Source: Thalia democratica
Lineage: Eukaryota
DNA length: 64,000 bases
Direction: 5' to 3'
Assembly: GCA_965202585.1 (NCBI GenBank)
Contig: OZ241829.1
Location: 84,072,001-84,136,000, forward strand
The translations under genes were made by a program, and so were the position numbers. The notes beneath the pieces are model-generated. The model made no database searches. It was not told the DNA's origin and saw nothing but the letters and a program-made list of their open reading frames with translations. Shown piece by piece: positions 13,301 to 25,300 of this stretch; the first letter of the stretch is position 1; every line of letters begins with the position of its first letter.

Positions 13301-13392
13301 GGAGAAAACATTCTGATAACAGTAGGAAGCGTAAAAGAGATACTTATGATCACAGTAGAAAACGTAAAAAAGACTCTTGTGAGGACAAATAG
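7225..13392 (+). CDS. PAPOLA: Canonical poly(A) polymerase (PAP alpha/gamma family), divergent, 13 coding exons, ~705 aa
   Basis: Hand-spliced exons 7225-7318, 7881-8035, 8280-8471, 8716-8769, 9066-9267, 9729-9867, 10153-10315, 10636-10787, 11118-11234, 11454-11613, 12234-12323, 12559-12921, 13156-13392. All introns are GT-AG with compatible phases (2118 nt). Motifs: FGSFRMG..SSDIDA, AFVPIIK..FDGIE/LDILFA, SLNGLR, LRAIKLWAK, GYLGG, PIITPAYPQINS, GYVESKLR. The first exon is tentative; PAPOLA is only the family name. Confidence 0.92.
7881..8035 (+). CDS. PAPOLA: PAP exon (LDSLQTKQL...VKEFVKDMSKKR)
   Basis: Flanked by cacag and gttagt. Resembles the PAP N-terminal helices (ILGKLNNLVKEW). Confidence 0.85.
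8280..8471 (+). CDS. PAPOLA: PAP exon with the nucleotidyltransferase GS and DxD motifs
   Basis: FGSFRMGVSGKSSDIDAILV, with Asp codons at 8367 and 8373. Flanked by cag and gtaagt. Confidence 0.95.
8716..8769 (+). CDS. PAPOLA: PAP exon (LLASAFVPIIKTVFDGIE)
   Basis: 54-nt phase 0-0 exon carrying the AFVP.IK..FDGIE motif. Confidence 0.93.
9066..9267 (+). CDS. PAPOLA: PAP exon with the third catalytic Asp (LDILFA...LRAIKLWAK)
   Basis: Lies within ORF 9030-9284. Flanked by tacag and gtttgt. Confidence 0.95.
9729..9867 (+). CDS. PAPOLA: PAP exon (RGIYNNMMGYLGGIQCAMLVAK...FSNW)
   Basis: Central-domain motif. Flanked by cacag and gtgaga, phase 1-2. Confidence 0.93.
10153..10315 (+). CDS. PAPOLA: PAP exon (KWPRPLLLK...PIITPAYPQINSMYN)
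   Basis: Contains the PIITPAYP motif. Flanked by aacag and gtcagt. Confidence 0.95.
10636..10787 (+). CDS. PAPOLA: PAP exon (EFKRGLEV...WKKLFQKADFF.NY.HFIVI)
   Basis: Matches the EFKQG...WSKLF..PNFFQKYKHYIVL pattern. Flanked by tacag and gtaaga. Confidence 0.92.
11118..11234 (+). CDS. PAPOLA: PAP exon (KGYVESKLRTIV...AHIN)
   Basis: Matches GLVESKIR...AHVN. Flanked by tacag and gtttgt. Confidence 0.9.
11454..11613 (+). CDS. PAPOLA: PAP exon (SGWQSKKWFMGIRFKK...CQVK)
   Basis: W..G..FKK motif of the RNA-binding domain, phase 2-0. Confidence 0.82.
12234..12323 (+). CDS. PAPOLA: PAP exon (IRCDQCRKEQIRDHLPEEI...)
   Basis: Resembles HVKRKQLHQLLP. 90 nt, phase 0-0, flanked by cag and gtatgt. Confidence 0.78.
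12559..12921 (+). CDS. PAPOLA: PAP C-terminal S/N/V-rich exon
   Basis: In frame with ORF 12592-12975. Flanked by cctag and gttggt. Confidence 0.72.
13156..13392 (+). CDS. PAPOLA: PAP last exon, Q-rich then R/K/D-rich repeats, ending at TAG 13390-13392
   Basis: tacag acceptor, in frame with ORF 13174-13392. The frame stays open past the TAG to TAA at 13720-13722. Confidence 0.7.
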   Translation, partial: VNEEQVLYQQQLHMLQKQQQQLQNFFRTVPPPNYNQRKMDYFYDSEEGRRKHSDNSRKRKRDTYDHSRKRKKDSCEDK

Positions 13393-15767
13393 GAACATAG
13401 GAAAAATTATTTTACTCATAGTAGAAGATTTAAAAGAAGTTATTCTGATGACAATGAAGAAGATAGGAGGAGTTCTTTTAATAACAGTAGGAAGCGTGTA
13501 AGAGATTGTTCTGATAAAAATAAGAAACATAAAAGATATTCTTCTGATAAAAATCAAAAAGATAACGAAAAAAAATCTCATAGAAATCTGCAAACTTCAA
13601 GCTTATTTTCACACAGCATTCAGCAATTAAGCAGGAACGAACATCAAAATAAAGAAAGCAGTTCTGATGTTAACCGTCGCAGCAAAAAATATCATTCTTT
13701 TAACAAGAACAAGAAGCGTTAAAGGCAACAAGAAAAATACAAAAATTATGTTTTGTCGGTAATTCTTTTCTAATGTAACCATTGATTTAATATATATTTG
13801 TTTTAACAATTTAGTTATGATTTAAGATGACTAAATTGTTAATTTATGTAATTAAGTTTGTAAGAAAACAATTAGATGGTATTTATTGATATTTAGTATG
13901 TTGTCAATTCGAAATATAATTATTTTGTAACTTTATTTTAAAATTGTTTTAAATTAAAACTGAGTTTATATTTTAATCATAAAGTATATTGAACTTTCGT
14001 ATAGACGTTATAAAATCTTTATTTATTTCCTCAAAAAAAAACAAACGTTGTTTAATAGCAAGCTGTTATTTCTTTATTTTATTACTAGTGCTTCATACAG
14101 TTTCAGATTAATTTTGATAAATGATATTATAATTAGTGTTTTATGTCGGAAGCAACTATTCAAAAAAAAAAGAAAAGTCAACAAAAAATCAATTTTGTGT
14201 AATATTCTATAGACTTTAATATCTTTTATTATGTTCTCCTAAAAAACTTAAAATAACGATTTTTTTAACACTTATAATTAAATATTAGTAAGCTGTTTTG
14301 ATTTTTTGTTACTAATAGTTTATTATATTAAATCAGGTTAGGGTAACTAAATTTAAAAAAAAATGTTATCACAGAAAAAAAAAGTTTTAGTTCAAATGGG
14401 AGTCATCAAAAAAAAAAAAAAAAAGAGAAGAATCACAAAAATAAATGTGCAGTTGTACAGTTCTAAGAAAAAAAATGTTATTGTCCCGGGTGAAGGTTGC
14501 ATGTGCGATCCCTAAATAGTTTATTATGTTTTGTATTTTTAACTCGTTTTATTGTAAGTGTTCGCAGTATTTAAATAATAAATTAGAAAAATTAAACCAA
14601 GTTGGTATTTGTATATTTTAGCTCGTATAGCTTGTTTGGTTAATTTCTAAAATTTACGTTAGTAATCGAAGATTTAATATTTTTTATTCAAAAACTATTT
14701 TACTAAGAAACAAAATATTATTCAATGAGTAAACCTAACTGATCTAGTCAAGTGCTTAAATGATAAATATTAAATGAATAAAAAAAAGTATTTCGATTAT
14801 GGTTAATATTTATATGTTTAATTTGTAGAATAACAAATTTTCGTTTACTTATAAAACTAGTTTTTACATAGAACAAAGTTGAAAACAACTTTATTAATTT
14901 AATTTTTCCCTACAAACACATTGTTTTAAAAGAATATAAAGTACGTGTAACTAAAATTTACATTTTTATAAATCAAAAGTTAGAATGTAAAGCATCAAAA
15001 CGTGTTTTGATTGGTTTCCTGTGAATAAAAATATTAAACAGAACAGAGGCTTTGGGTTATTTATGGAGAAACGGACCAAATTTATTAAAATAAAATATTG
15101 TGGGGAAATTTAAACGAACAAGTCCAAACATAATATTTTATGTTTTTCAATAAACAAAAAATGTAATCAAAAATGTGTAATAAAAAAGGATAAAATAATT
15201 CACCACAAGTAGAAAGAGCATACTTTTAAACACTTGTACTTTAAATTTTTTACTACTGTTATAATTTGTAGATAAAATTATTATTTGGCGACACTATTGG
15301 CCTATGTGCCAGAGTTTGCTGACCCATTGAATAAATATAATAAGACGTAAAAAGTGTACATAAACATTGAAAAATTAATTTTATTTTTCAAATTAACTGT
15401 TTATTTCATGTAACGATCTAAACATTGTGTTAAAATTAAAAGGCAGAGTTAAACAGAAGTAATTATAATGTAAAAGTTTTATTCAAAACTGTTTAAATAA
15501 CAAAAATTCATGGATGTTTTTTTTCAAATCGAATAATAACAAAAACTCAATCATTTTTTTTATTAATTTAACAAAAGTTTCGAATTCTTCTTATACTTTT
15601 TACCGTTATTTCTTAAGAAAATTCTTAGTATATAAGTTTAAGTTAGCTATAAAATTGTTTTTAAACAAGCCTATATAAAGTATTTATTCACATTACAAAA
15701 TTAGTTTTATTTTTCAAATTAAAACTGATTATTTCATGTAACCACCTAAACATTGTGTTTATAATAA

Positions 15768-15881
15768 GTCCTGGACAAGAAATTAAAAGGTATCTGTGGT
15801 GTGCGACTCGATAACCGAAAGGTTCTTTGTGCACCAGGTTCTAGGGCCAAATATTTTAAACGTCTTTTCGTTTAATGGTTT

Positions 15882-15919
<38 letters not shown>

Positions 15920-16220
15920 TATCACTAAATGAGATTTTAATTTTTTCGTTATAACAAAATTAACAGCAACAAACATAATGTAATAATTTTAATTAACACT
16001 GTTTAAATAGCAAAAAATCTTAGTTCAAGCATAACGTTTTCTGAAAACAAATAATAACAAAAACTTATTCAACTCTTTTATGTTGTTTTACAAAGTTTTT
16101 GCTTTTTATTTTTTTTTACCAGTGTTTTCTAAACCGGCATATTTAAAATATAAGTTTGAACTAGCTTATAAGTTTATCGAGTCACACACCACAGATACCT
16201 TTTAAAGTCTTGTCCAGGAC
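15768..16220. mobile_element. MITE-like element with 47-bp terminal inverted repeats
   Basis: 15768-15814 (gtcctggacaaga..aaaaggtatctgtggtgtgcgactcgataa) is the reverse complement of 16174-16220 with 3 mismatches. It contains a (TA)n tract at ~15881-15917. No clear TSD. Confidence 0.7.
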
Positions 16221-16540
16221 AAATCACTAAGTTTATTTATAGTTAGTTTAAAACTTACCACTATTCTTATAATTATATATATTATATCACGTTCGACAAT
16301 AAAAATAAATCATGTTTAAATATTCTTTCCTTTTAAGTATAAAAATCTTATTGTTATCAAAGACTAAGAACATAAAACAGCTTTAAAGCTTTACTTTTTT
16401 GAATTCTAAGGCTGCTTAAAAATACTGATAAACTAATTTTTGTAGCTTTAACTTGTTCAGATAATTAATTCAGGTAACAAAACCCATAAAGTGTAACTAA
16501 GTATTTATAATTCTTTTTTGAAATACTTACACACTGAATA

Positions 16541-16813
16541 CAAAATCATGAAAAATCAATTTTAATAGATTTATTGTTGTAAAATAAACAATTACCCTTA
16601 AACTTAAAAAAATCCAAGGTAGCTTAAAATTACACCAAATGAAGTTTTTATATTTTTTAATTTTAACTAAATTTTTTTTTTTGAAATACATACACAGTAA
16701 CCTCAAAATCGTGAAAATAAACTTTAGTAGATTGATTGTTGTAAAATAAACAATTACCCTTAAACTTAAAAAAATCCAAGGTAGCTTAAAATTACAGCAA
16801 ATGAAGTTTTCAT
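16541..16813. repeat. Direct repeat pair, ~110 bp, period ~163 bp
   Basis: The core gttgtaaaataaacaattacccttaaacttaaaaaaatccaaggtagcttaaaattac is present twice. Confidence 0.9.
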
Positions 16814-18724
16814 AATATATTGTTATTAAACGATGAAAAAAAAACACTAAGAAAGTTTGGTCTAACGACCTGGTGTACAAAACCTTCCGGTTATCAAGTA
16901 TTAATAAGAAAACCACGTATTTTCTAAACGGGTCAGCTGCAGAAGTAAGAATTTTTTTCATTCTTAATATAATGCATGATATAAGGTATTTATACAGCAT
17001 TATATAACCTTAAACTCCTATTCAAAATGTATTTTACACACAAATTTAAATCAAAACTAATACTTCTAACCCACCTTGTAAAAGTATGTAACAAAAATGA
17101 ATATTTCTTAACAAAAAATAATATAAAAAGAAGTAAAATTAAAATCAGTCATAAGCGCCTTGATTTTGCAGCTAAAAGGTTTATTTTGTTATACAAACTA
17201 CCTTACTGCTAAAACAGTTAAAGTACCTAAAACGAAACAAACCAAAAACATTTATAATTTTTTGATTTTTTTTTATTGAATGTTTTGAATAGTTTATCTT
17301 TTATTTTTATAGAAGATTTAGAACAACGAAGTTAAATAAATTTAAGAGACAAGACAAAACTTGATTATTAAAGCATAGGTCAATTGTTAATATTAACTAT
17401 CCTTTATTGTTGGAAGTATTTAGTTAAAATGGTTCTATAATAAATATCTTTATTTGTTAGTATATAATAACAACCATTTTAGCTTTTTATTAATGTAAAT
17501 TTGTCTGTAAATGATTTTTTATTACTTTATCAAATTTACAAAATATCTCTGCCTGCCAAGCACAAATCTCTAATCAAGACGTTAGTTTTGAAACTGGTAT
17601 TTTTTTAATGTGTTTTATACTAGACTCTCAGTAAACGTTAATACTTATCAAGTGATCTTTTTCTATATATTTTGATTTCTTTATTTTCAGACAAACTTTT
17701 CAGATTTTTGTTTGGCCTCAAAAAACTAGCCCATAACTGATAAACTTTATAGTCCCTTAATGAAAAACTTTTCACGGTATAATTAAAATTTATTGATACT
17801 AAATATAAAAAACTGATTTCTCTTTGATAATTCTAAATAGATTAAAATTTACAAATAATAAATGTAAGTTTAAGTGTTAAATAATTAATAATAATAAATA
17901 GCAAATATATTCCGAATAAAAATTTTAATTTTTGTTTAAAGTTTGCTTTCAAATTACTCTATTTTAAATCTGACTTTTTATTTTACAAAACCAACTTTTA
18001 AAAACGTTTTTTTACTGTTAAGTGCATTAAATAATTTCAAAAATTAAACAAATAAAAATAAAACGTTTTAAAGAAGTTTATTAGATTTACAGTATGTTTT
18101 AAATCACTTAATAAAAAAATAATATTTAACTGTAGTCATTCAAAGGACGTTTAGAAATATAAACGCTTAATAACTAAAACTACTTATTTGTTTATTTTTA
18201 ATTAAATCAATAAATATTAAATTTAATTAAAGTTTGGTTTTAATAAGCATGGTATCTGTGTTTTCTAATTATATATACATGCACCTACAATTTCTTCTGT
18301 AGAGTAATGCTAATAGCCGACTAAAACATTCCAGTTTGTAAAAATGTTTTTTAAAATTCAACAAGTTTGAACATTTAGTTTTATATTCACTTATTTAAGT
18401 TTTATTTTGTTTTTGGTTGTTAACTTTGAGAAAAGTTAGATTTACAACAATTTGCCTCGGAGAAAATTAAACTTAACGTCACAATGTACTTTGTCATTTC
18501 GTATTTTATCACTTTGTTTCATATAACTTAAATTGTGAATATCTAACATTAAGTAATATCAAGAAAATTTAACAGCTTTCATAAAAAAACAAGCATTAAT
18601 TGTTATTGAAAGCTTTATGAGTATATGTTTTACAGCTTGTGAATATTTTAATACAAAAAGAATTATTATGATATAAAAACAAGCAGTAATATAATTACTA
18701 ACAAATTATTAACCTAAAATATAA

Positions 18725-19077
18725 ATTGTTACTGAATACAAAGATGATGATGAAGAGATGGAAGTAGATGAGATCGCGAAAAGATCGGCTGGCTTCATGG
18801 AGCGATCGTTTTTGAAAAAAGCGTGTAAAGTTTTGAGAGAGTCTCGCTACTGTCTGATGCAATCCTGCATATACGCCTACAATATCACTGATGAAACTCA
18901 AAAGATAAACTTTAAAATAATTACCGATTACTTGCAGTTCTCTGTTGAAAAGATCAGTAGTGTTTTTGGAAAACGACGTCCACAAGTTGTCTGATGAAAA
19001 GATAAGGAGGGAGATGAATGGAGCTGTTGACTTTTGTGAAAACCATCGCAATCATTGAGTATATCAAAGAAAATTAA
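18725..19077 (+). pseudogene. ARIH1: Ariadne domain of an ARIH-type RBR E3 ligase, two frameshifts, no RING-IBR-RING seen
   Basis: ERSFLKKACKVLRESRYCLMQSCIYAY resembles [27 protein letters not shown]. Homology continues in a shifted frame (LENDVHKLSDEKIRREMNGAVDFCENHR) and again as AIIEYIKEN*. Confidence 0.75.
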
Positions 19078-21014
19078 TTTTGCAAGTTTTAGATAACTTA
19101 CAGCAATCCTTTAGTGCTTTCATAAGTCATTGATTTTAGTGCTGAATAAACTAGTGTATTTTAATTTGCTTAGTGTTATATAATATTTAAATTTTTAACT
19201 AAAAAAAAGTTATACTTTCACATTAAAATTATGTGATTAATAAAAGTAAAACTTAATTTATTCATTGTTTAAAATTAAAAATGACTGTAATTATATTAAC
19301 TAGTTTAAAGTCTATAAAACCAAATATTGTTGTTTTTAATACTACCCTGCCAAAAAGTAACAACCCATTTAACTTTGAAAAAGTCAAAATCGCACTGTTT
19401 ATTTAAAAGGATGAAATACCTAAAATTGTAATAGAAATATTTTTCTACATTTTTAAACTATAATAAATAAAGCTAAAGGTTTATCAAAAATAATTCAAGC
19501 TTACTAAAAATGAAGGACTTGAGTTGTAATAGTCTCTAAAGCTATCTTTTATGTTTTAAACTACAATATAATTCTTTTTAAACTATATCATGGTAAAATT
19601 AATAATTAAATTGTTTTAGTGTTTTAACAGACCTTAGTTAATTAACATTTTATGTATATAAAACATGATAAACCTAATTAAATATAAAAATGCCAACCTT
19701 TATACAGGGTATACAACGACTAAAACTGGACAGAGTGTATAAATAAAGAACTAATTTATAAAACGTAATTACAGTAGAGGTACCAAAAAAATTACCCATC
19801 TCCAACTTTTGCATCAACTGAAATGAGTTTTACAGTAAAAGTAGCAGCAAAATTTAACAAAACTTTATTTACAAATCAATAAAAATGAAACCATTTTTCC
19901 AAAAGAAAAGTGCCTTTTTCTAAAGGTTGATAAAAAAAAATCTCAAATTTGATTTTGAAAAAAATACGGAATTTTTTATTAAGTAAGAAGCCCAATATTC
20001 ATAAGTTTTAATTTTCCGAATACTTCAAAAAAAAAATTAATTGCATAAAGTGTGTTACATCATAAACAATTTAATTTTTCTCATTTCACAAATCGTTTTA
20101 CGTTTCTTTATTTTTTGACAAATGAAGTTTAAAGGATATGTCAACTAAACTAAAACTTCTGCATCTTAAATGCAACTACCATAACTAGGGGATAAATTAA
20201 ATTTAAGTTAAATAATAAGTTAATTAAAATTATAGATTTCAAATCTAACAGACTTATTCTTTAATTAAGTCCTAAAACATATACATATAAAATATGTAAT
20301 TAAAACAAATAATACAGTGTTTATTAGATTTTTCCATAATTTTCATAATCTAGCAGCTATAAATACTTTAGTTAATCAATCTCGAGTTCTATTAAAATAA
20401 ATATGAAGAGTAGACTTTTCAAATCACCAATGGATTTTTTTAACCTCTCTGCTTTAAAAAGTAAGTGACAATATAAATTCGAAGTATTTTGAACTAGAAA
20501 TGAAAGGTTTATTAAAACGTTACGAAAGTAAAAGCTATAAAAATTATTTAGAATAAAAGATAAGAAGTTAATTTAAATAAATGTTCAAAAAACTCTTGTT
20601 ATAAACTGAATGTATAAAAGCTTCTTTAAGAATAACATTTTTAGTTTTTTATATGTGAGGTTTTTGTTAAAACAGGTAGTATTTAAATTTTTTTTTTTGA
20701 AGTCACTAATAAATAACATTGTTGAATATAAATACTTGTAAGCTAGTTTTTTTTTTATTACTACCATTTACTTTCAATTTAAACATAATTAGTTAAAACT
20801 AATTGCTTCACATTTATGAACGATTGTTTTGTGATATACTAAGTTTAATTTCGTTTATTTTTTGGTGTTTTAAAAATTGACGTTAAAGTATTTAAAACTT
20901 TTAAAATATAAAACGACTACAGTTAAAAATAGAGTAGCAAATTGCTAAAACTCATTTCATTTTAAAACTTTCATTGCAAGTAAACAGAAAACAAGATTGA
21001 AATAGACACTAGTC

Positions 21015-21238
21015 AAGGGTTTTACAATGTTGGCGGTACCGCACCCCTGGGGGCAATTTTATTAAGCTGGGGGGGGGGGAAATAACTAGTTGAGGGGCGA
21101 AAGGGGTAATATTAAAATTTTGGGCGGTTTAAAAATAAAAGGCCTTAGGTGTTTTTAGTGGTATTCTTGTTGGAGGGGTCAATAGCCATTTTATTTTCAT
21201 CAAAGGATGCAATTAAAAAAAAACCTTGGGAAACACTG
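21015..21238. mobile_element. hAT-type MITE
   Basis: Right end ttgggaaacactg, degenerate left end aagggttttacaa, flanked by cactagtc and cacttgtc (8 bp, 1 mismatch). Confidence 0.55.
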
Positions 21239-22349
21239 CACTTGTCGAACTTTGAGTTTTTAATGCATATAAGAAAAAACACCAAATTCTAAACTTTTCA
21301 AATGTTGATTGGAAAAGCACTTTTTTAAAATCAAGTTGTTACATCATAATCATTTTAGTTTTTCTCAGTTCACAAACTGTTCTAAAATTCTTTAAATCTG
21401 ACACAGAAAGTTTATCATATTTTTGGAAGCTTGCAGCTAAAAATTATTAATCTGTGAAACAAATAAAAGTGATTTTAATTTTCCATAAGTATTTCTGCTC
21501 AAAAAAAAAACCTTTGCCAACAGAACAAATTTTCAAAATACTTGATAAAAAGTCTAACTTAAAAAAAAAAAACTACCACAGTAACTAATTATTCATATAC
21601 ATACTGAAGATGGACAATATTTAGTTAATAGTTAATTGAATGATTTAGGCTTATAATAACTAGGTGTGAGGTTAATAGAACTAAATTATTTGTTAATTCA
21701 TGTTTTCAACTCACTTCAGCTTACTCAAGTAACTCTGTATAGTTTATGTTTTTCAAAATTCCTAGGCTGTTCATGATACACTTTATTTTGTTGTTAAGAG
21801 TTCTGAATGAATATCATAAAGCAATATTTCTGCTAACATTTATAAAAAATCTTTTAAAATCATATTTAATTTTTTGTTGATCCAAAAACTACTGATGACA
21901 TCACAATAAGTTGTTTTGGCTATGAACTTTAAGTTTGTCAAAACTTTTAAACTATAGCTAAAAACAATTCTCTAATTTAAGCTATTTTATTAAATATTTT
22001 ATATTTGTATAAATTATTTTAAAGAATTAATGAACAGTTATTAATTTTGTAACTTAAAAAAACTTATTTTTAGCTAGTTTTTTGTCACTAAGGCTCCATT
22101 TTTGCTTGAATGAGCCCTGTAATAACTAAAACTGAATTTAAACTGCAAAATGATAAATACTAGTTTTTTTTATTAATTTATTCAACCAAAATATTTTCTC
22201 AAACACCCTTCTCATACAATTATGTCATGTACTTCTATACTTGGAAATCTGTTAATTTGTTGATAACTCTCAAGACTGATTAAATGACCAATGAACAGAT
22301 AATTTTTTACTTAAATAATTAGTCAGACTGGAAAATTCTGTTGTGTATC

Positions 22350-25300
22350 TTTGGAGCATCTCTATTTGTTTGGATCTAATCTTCTGGTTGGTGATTTAAA
22401 AATATTTTCATTCTAAAATAATATAAAGTCTATTTCTTCATTAATTTATACTATAAACTTAAATAGTTCATAGTTATAACATATAATGTAGTTTAAAACT
22501 AGTTTCAAATAAAAAATATTTCTTCTTAAATTTACAATAAAAACTTAAATAATTGATAATTTGAAGTAATATTGTTGGTTAAAACTATTTTCATACTAAA
22601 AAGTTTTAGACAAAAATTATAGGTGTTTCTTCATGAAGATAAGCTAAGAGTTTTATTAATTAATAATTTTCATCATATAAACAGCTACAGTATTATCAGG
22701 GTTGCCACAAAATTTGGAATCCTGGAAACACCTGGAATTTGAAAAATTTTTATAAAAAGGAAAAACCTGGTATTTCAAACAACATTAACATTTTATATAA
22801 GTATTAAAAAGTTGAATTGACACCAATAATCTTTCATAATGATAAAAATGTTTTGTCATCATCAAACAATTTTTTTGTTTATAATCATAGTTAAAGTGGC
22901 TTTTACAGTAACTTTTTAATGTTGTTATAACATTTTACACAGTTTTTAACTTCTACCTAAAAATAGACCAAAAAACATGTACTTTCAAAAACCTTGAAGA
23001 AAATCAGAAAACCTGCAAGAAAATTTTTAAAAACCAATGACAACGCTGTATTATACTGAAACCTAGTTGCAGTTACAACTTGTTATAATTTTTTTAGGGT
23101 TTGTATTTAATGTATACTGGTAAATTGTTGAGTACAAAGGAAGGGGTGAATTGTTTTTTAAAAAGTCAGTTCACTGTTTTATAACTAAACTGGTAGACTC
23201 ATTGTTATGATTTTTAAAAATAATTTAAAAACATTGACTAAGTAGATATAAAAACTATTTCTCCTACAGTTTTTCAGCAATAAATTTTCAAATTTTTATG
23301 TTTCATTTATTAAACAACTAATTAGATGGATTTTAAAATATCTGATAGTAATAAGTGATAATAGCTACTAGAAATTAAATATCCATATTATTTAATTGCC
23401 ATTAATTCAATTAGAATAAATAACTTACTATTTAAAAAAACTTCTGAAATTTCAACGTTTCATTAACTAGGAAAAAAAAATATTTTTTCCCTCTATTTTG
23501 CTTTATTAATTAAGAATCTTTTGAATACTTAAATTTTAATCTACTAAGTCTCTTAAGTTACTTGAAAATTAAATATAAATAAAAAAATTTAAATAAATGA
23601 AAATAATATTGCTTTAAAAATTAAATAAAAAAGAAGATTTTTAAATAAATGAAAAACAGTCTAATTGAGTTTTAATTTTGAATAGTAACATATTTTCAGT
23701 TGAAAATTTTAAAATTTCTCGAGATGAACTTAATTATTTTTAAAGATTAAACTGATTTTTAAAATTGCTTCAAAATTGGATTGAAATAGGTTTTTAATAT
23801 CGCCATTATATTTCATTTGTAGTCCATTAAAAAGCTCTGAAACTCTTCAAAAACTTGATCATTTATATTGAAAAAATAAAATTAATGTAAGTGGCAGCAA
23901 TTTTACTAAAAAAATAATAAGTATTTATGGCCCTGTAATGGCCTTGATGTATAAGTTTCTCTTCCAAGGTAGTACTTGAAGTTACTAACGTTTAGAACCA
24001 ATTAAGCAGTATAAATAAGTAATGTACTTATGCTTAATTGTTCATTCAAAACAAAAAGAGATAATGACTAAGCCTTGTACCTCTCCCAATGACCAGCGAA
24101 ATAAAGCCCCTTTAGCCAACAGTTTTTTCCAATTCATACAAACATAAATGTTAAGCAAGGAGGGTAATCCCTGTAAGTTTCTAAAAATAATCAGTTAACT
24201 GAGAGAATTAACAAACATTTCATAAAACATGAAAATTTTACAACAAAAAAGCAGTTGATATGAAAAAATGTCAAAAAGGAAATTAATATAAATGGTAAAT
24301 TGACTGAAAAAATAAGATAGATTTACATCAGGGTTGCCAAAAACCTGAAACTGTGGAATTTGAGAAGTTTTGGTTAAAAGTCACTAAAAAACCTGGAACT
24401 ATTTTGATCAAAAATCACTAAAAAACCTTGGAAAAACCATATGTTATTTAAAAAACTTTAACATTTAAGTAGTAAAATTTCAATTTGACACAAAAAGTCT
24501 ATTGTATAGATAAGTTTTGTGTCATCACTAAATTTTTTTTATTAAAAACACATTTAAAGTAGTTTTACAGTATGTTTTCAATGTGTTTACATTATTTAAC
24601 ACAGTTTTTATCTTAAACTTAACTTTAAATTAAGTATAGACCCTAAAATGTAAAATTTTAAAAACCTAGAATAATTTTTGAAAAACTGGTTAACATTTGC
24701 TAAAAACATCTGGCAACCTCGTAATATTTATAAATAAAAAATTCAATTTTACTGTATACAATGATAAATTTTAAATATTTTTCTATAATATCACTATGTT
24801 TTTTGTATTTATAAGAGAATATTATAAACTTAATTATTAGAATTTATTTACAACAAAAAATATACACACAATTTAAAGTAATAAGATTTGCATTACACTA
24901 AAGTTTGACTTTGAATCATACCAAGTAATAATAAAAAATGAGGTTTAATAACTTTTTAGGGGAGAAATGAAGGCCTTGCAAAACTGCCAAGAGCGGGTTG
25001 TCAACTTCTGAATGACAAACCTTAAATCAGTGGATTCTATTTGGTGTGTATTGTTAAAATATATATTTGAATTCATTCTTTAAACAAAAAAATAATTAAA
25101 AGAACCTATATAAAACGTTAAACGTGAGATGTTGTTATAAAGTGAAAATTCTGTTAAACTTAAATTATTAAATTAGTATAATGTATTGAAGAGTCCAGTT
25201 GAACACACCCATTGATATTTGAGTATATTTAAAGTATATATTTTAATTCATAAAGTTCATGTCTACTATTACTGATGACATAGCTTGCAATGCTTGAAAA

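Noticed and set aside
13144-13593. Minus-strand 149-aa ORF and alternate-frame ORF 13160-13501
   Set aside because: These are shadows of the repetitive PAP last exon.
16527-17000. Minus-strand 157-aa ORF
   Set aside because: It is produced by the 163-bp-period direct repeat and has no family motif.
20403-20460. Plus-strand exon candidates (MKSRLFKSPMDFFNLSALK|gtaagt; also ~25284-25335 and ~16833-16945)
   Set aside because: The donors are good, but I could not chain them into a consistent gene and recognised no homology.
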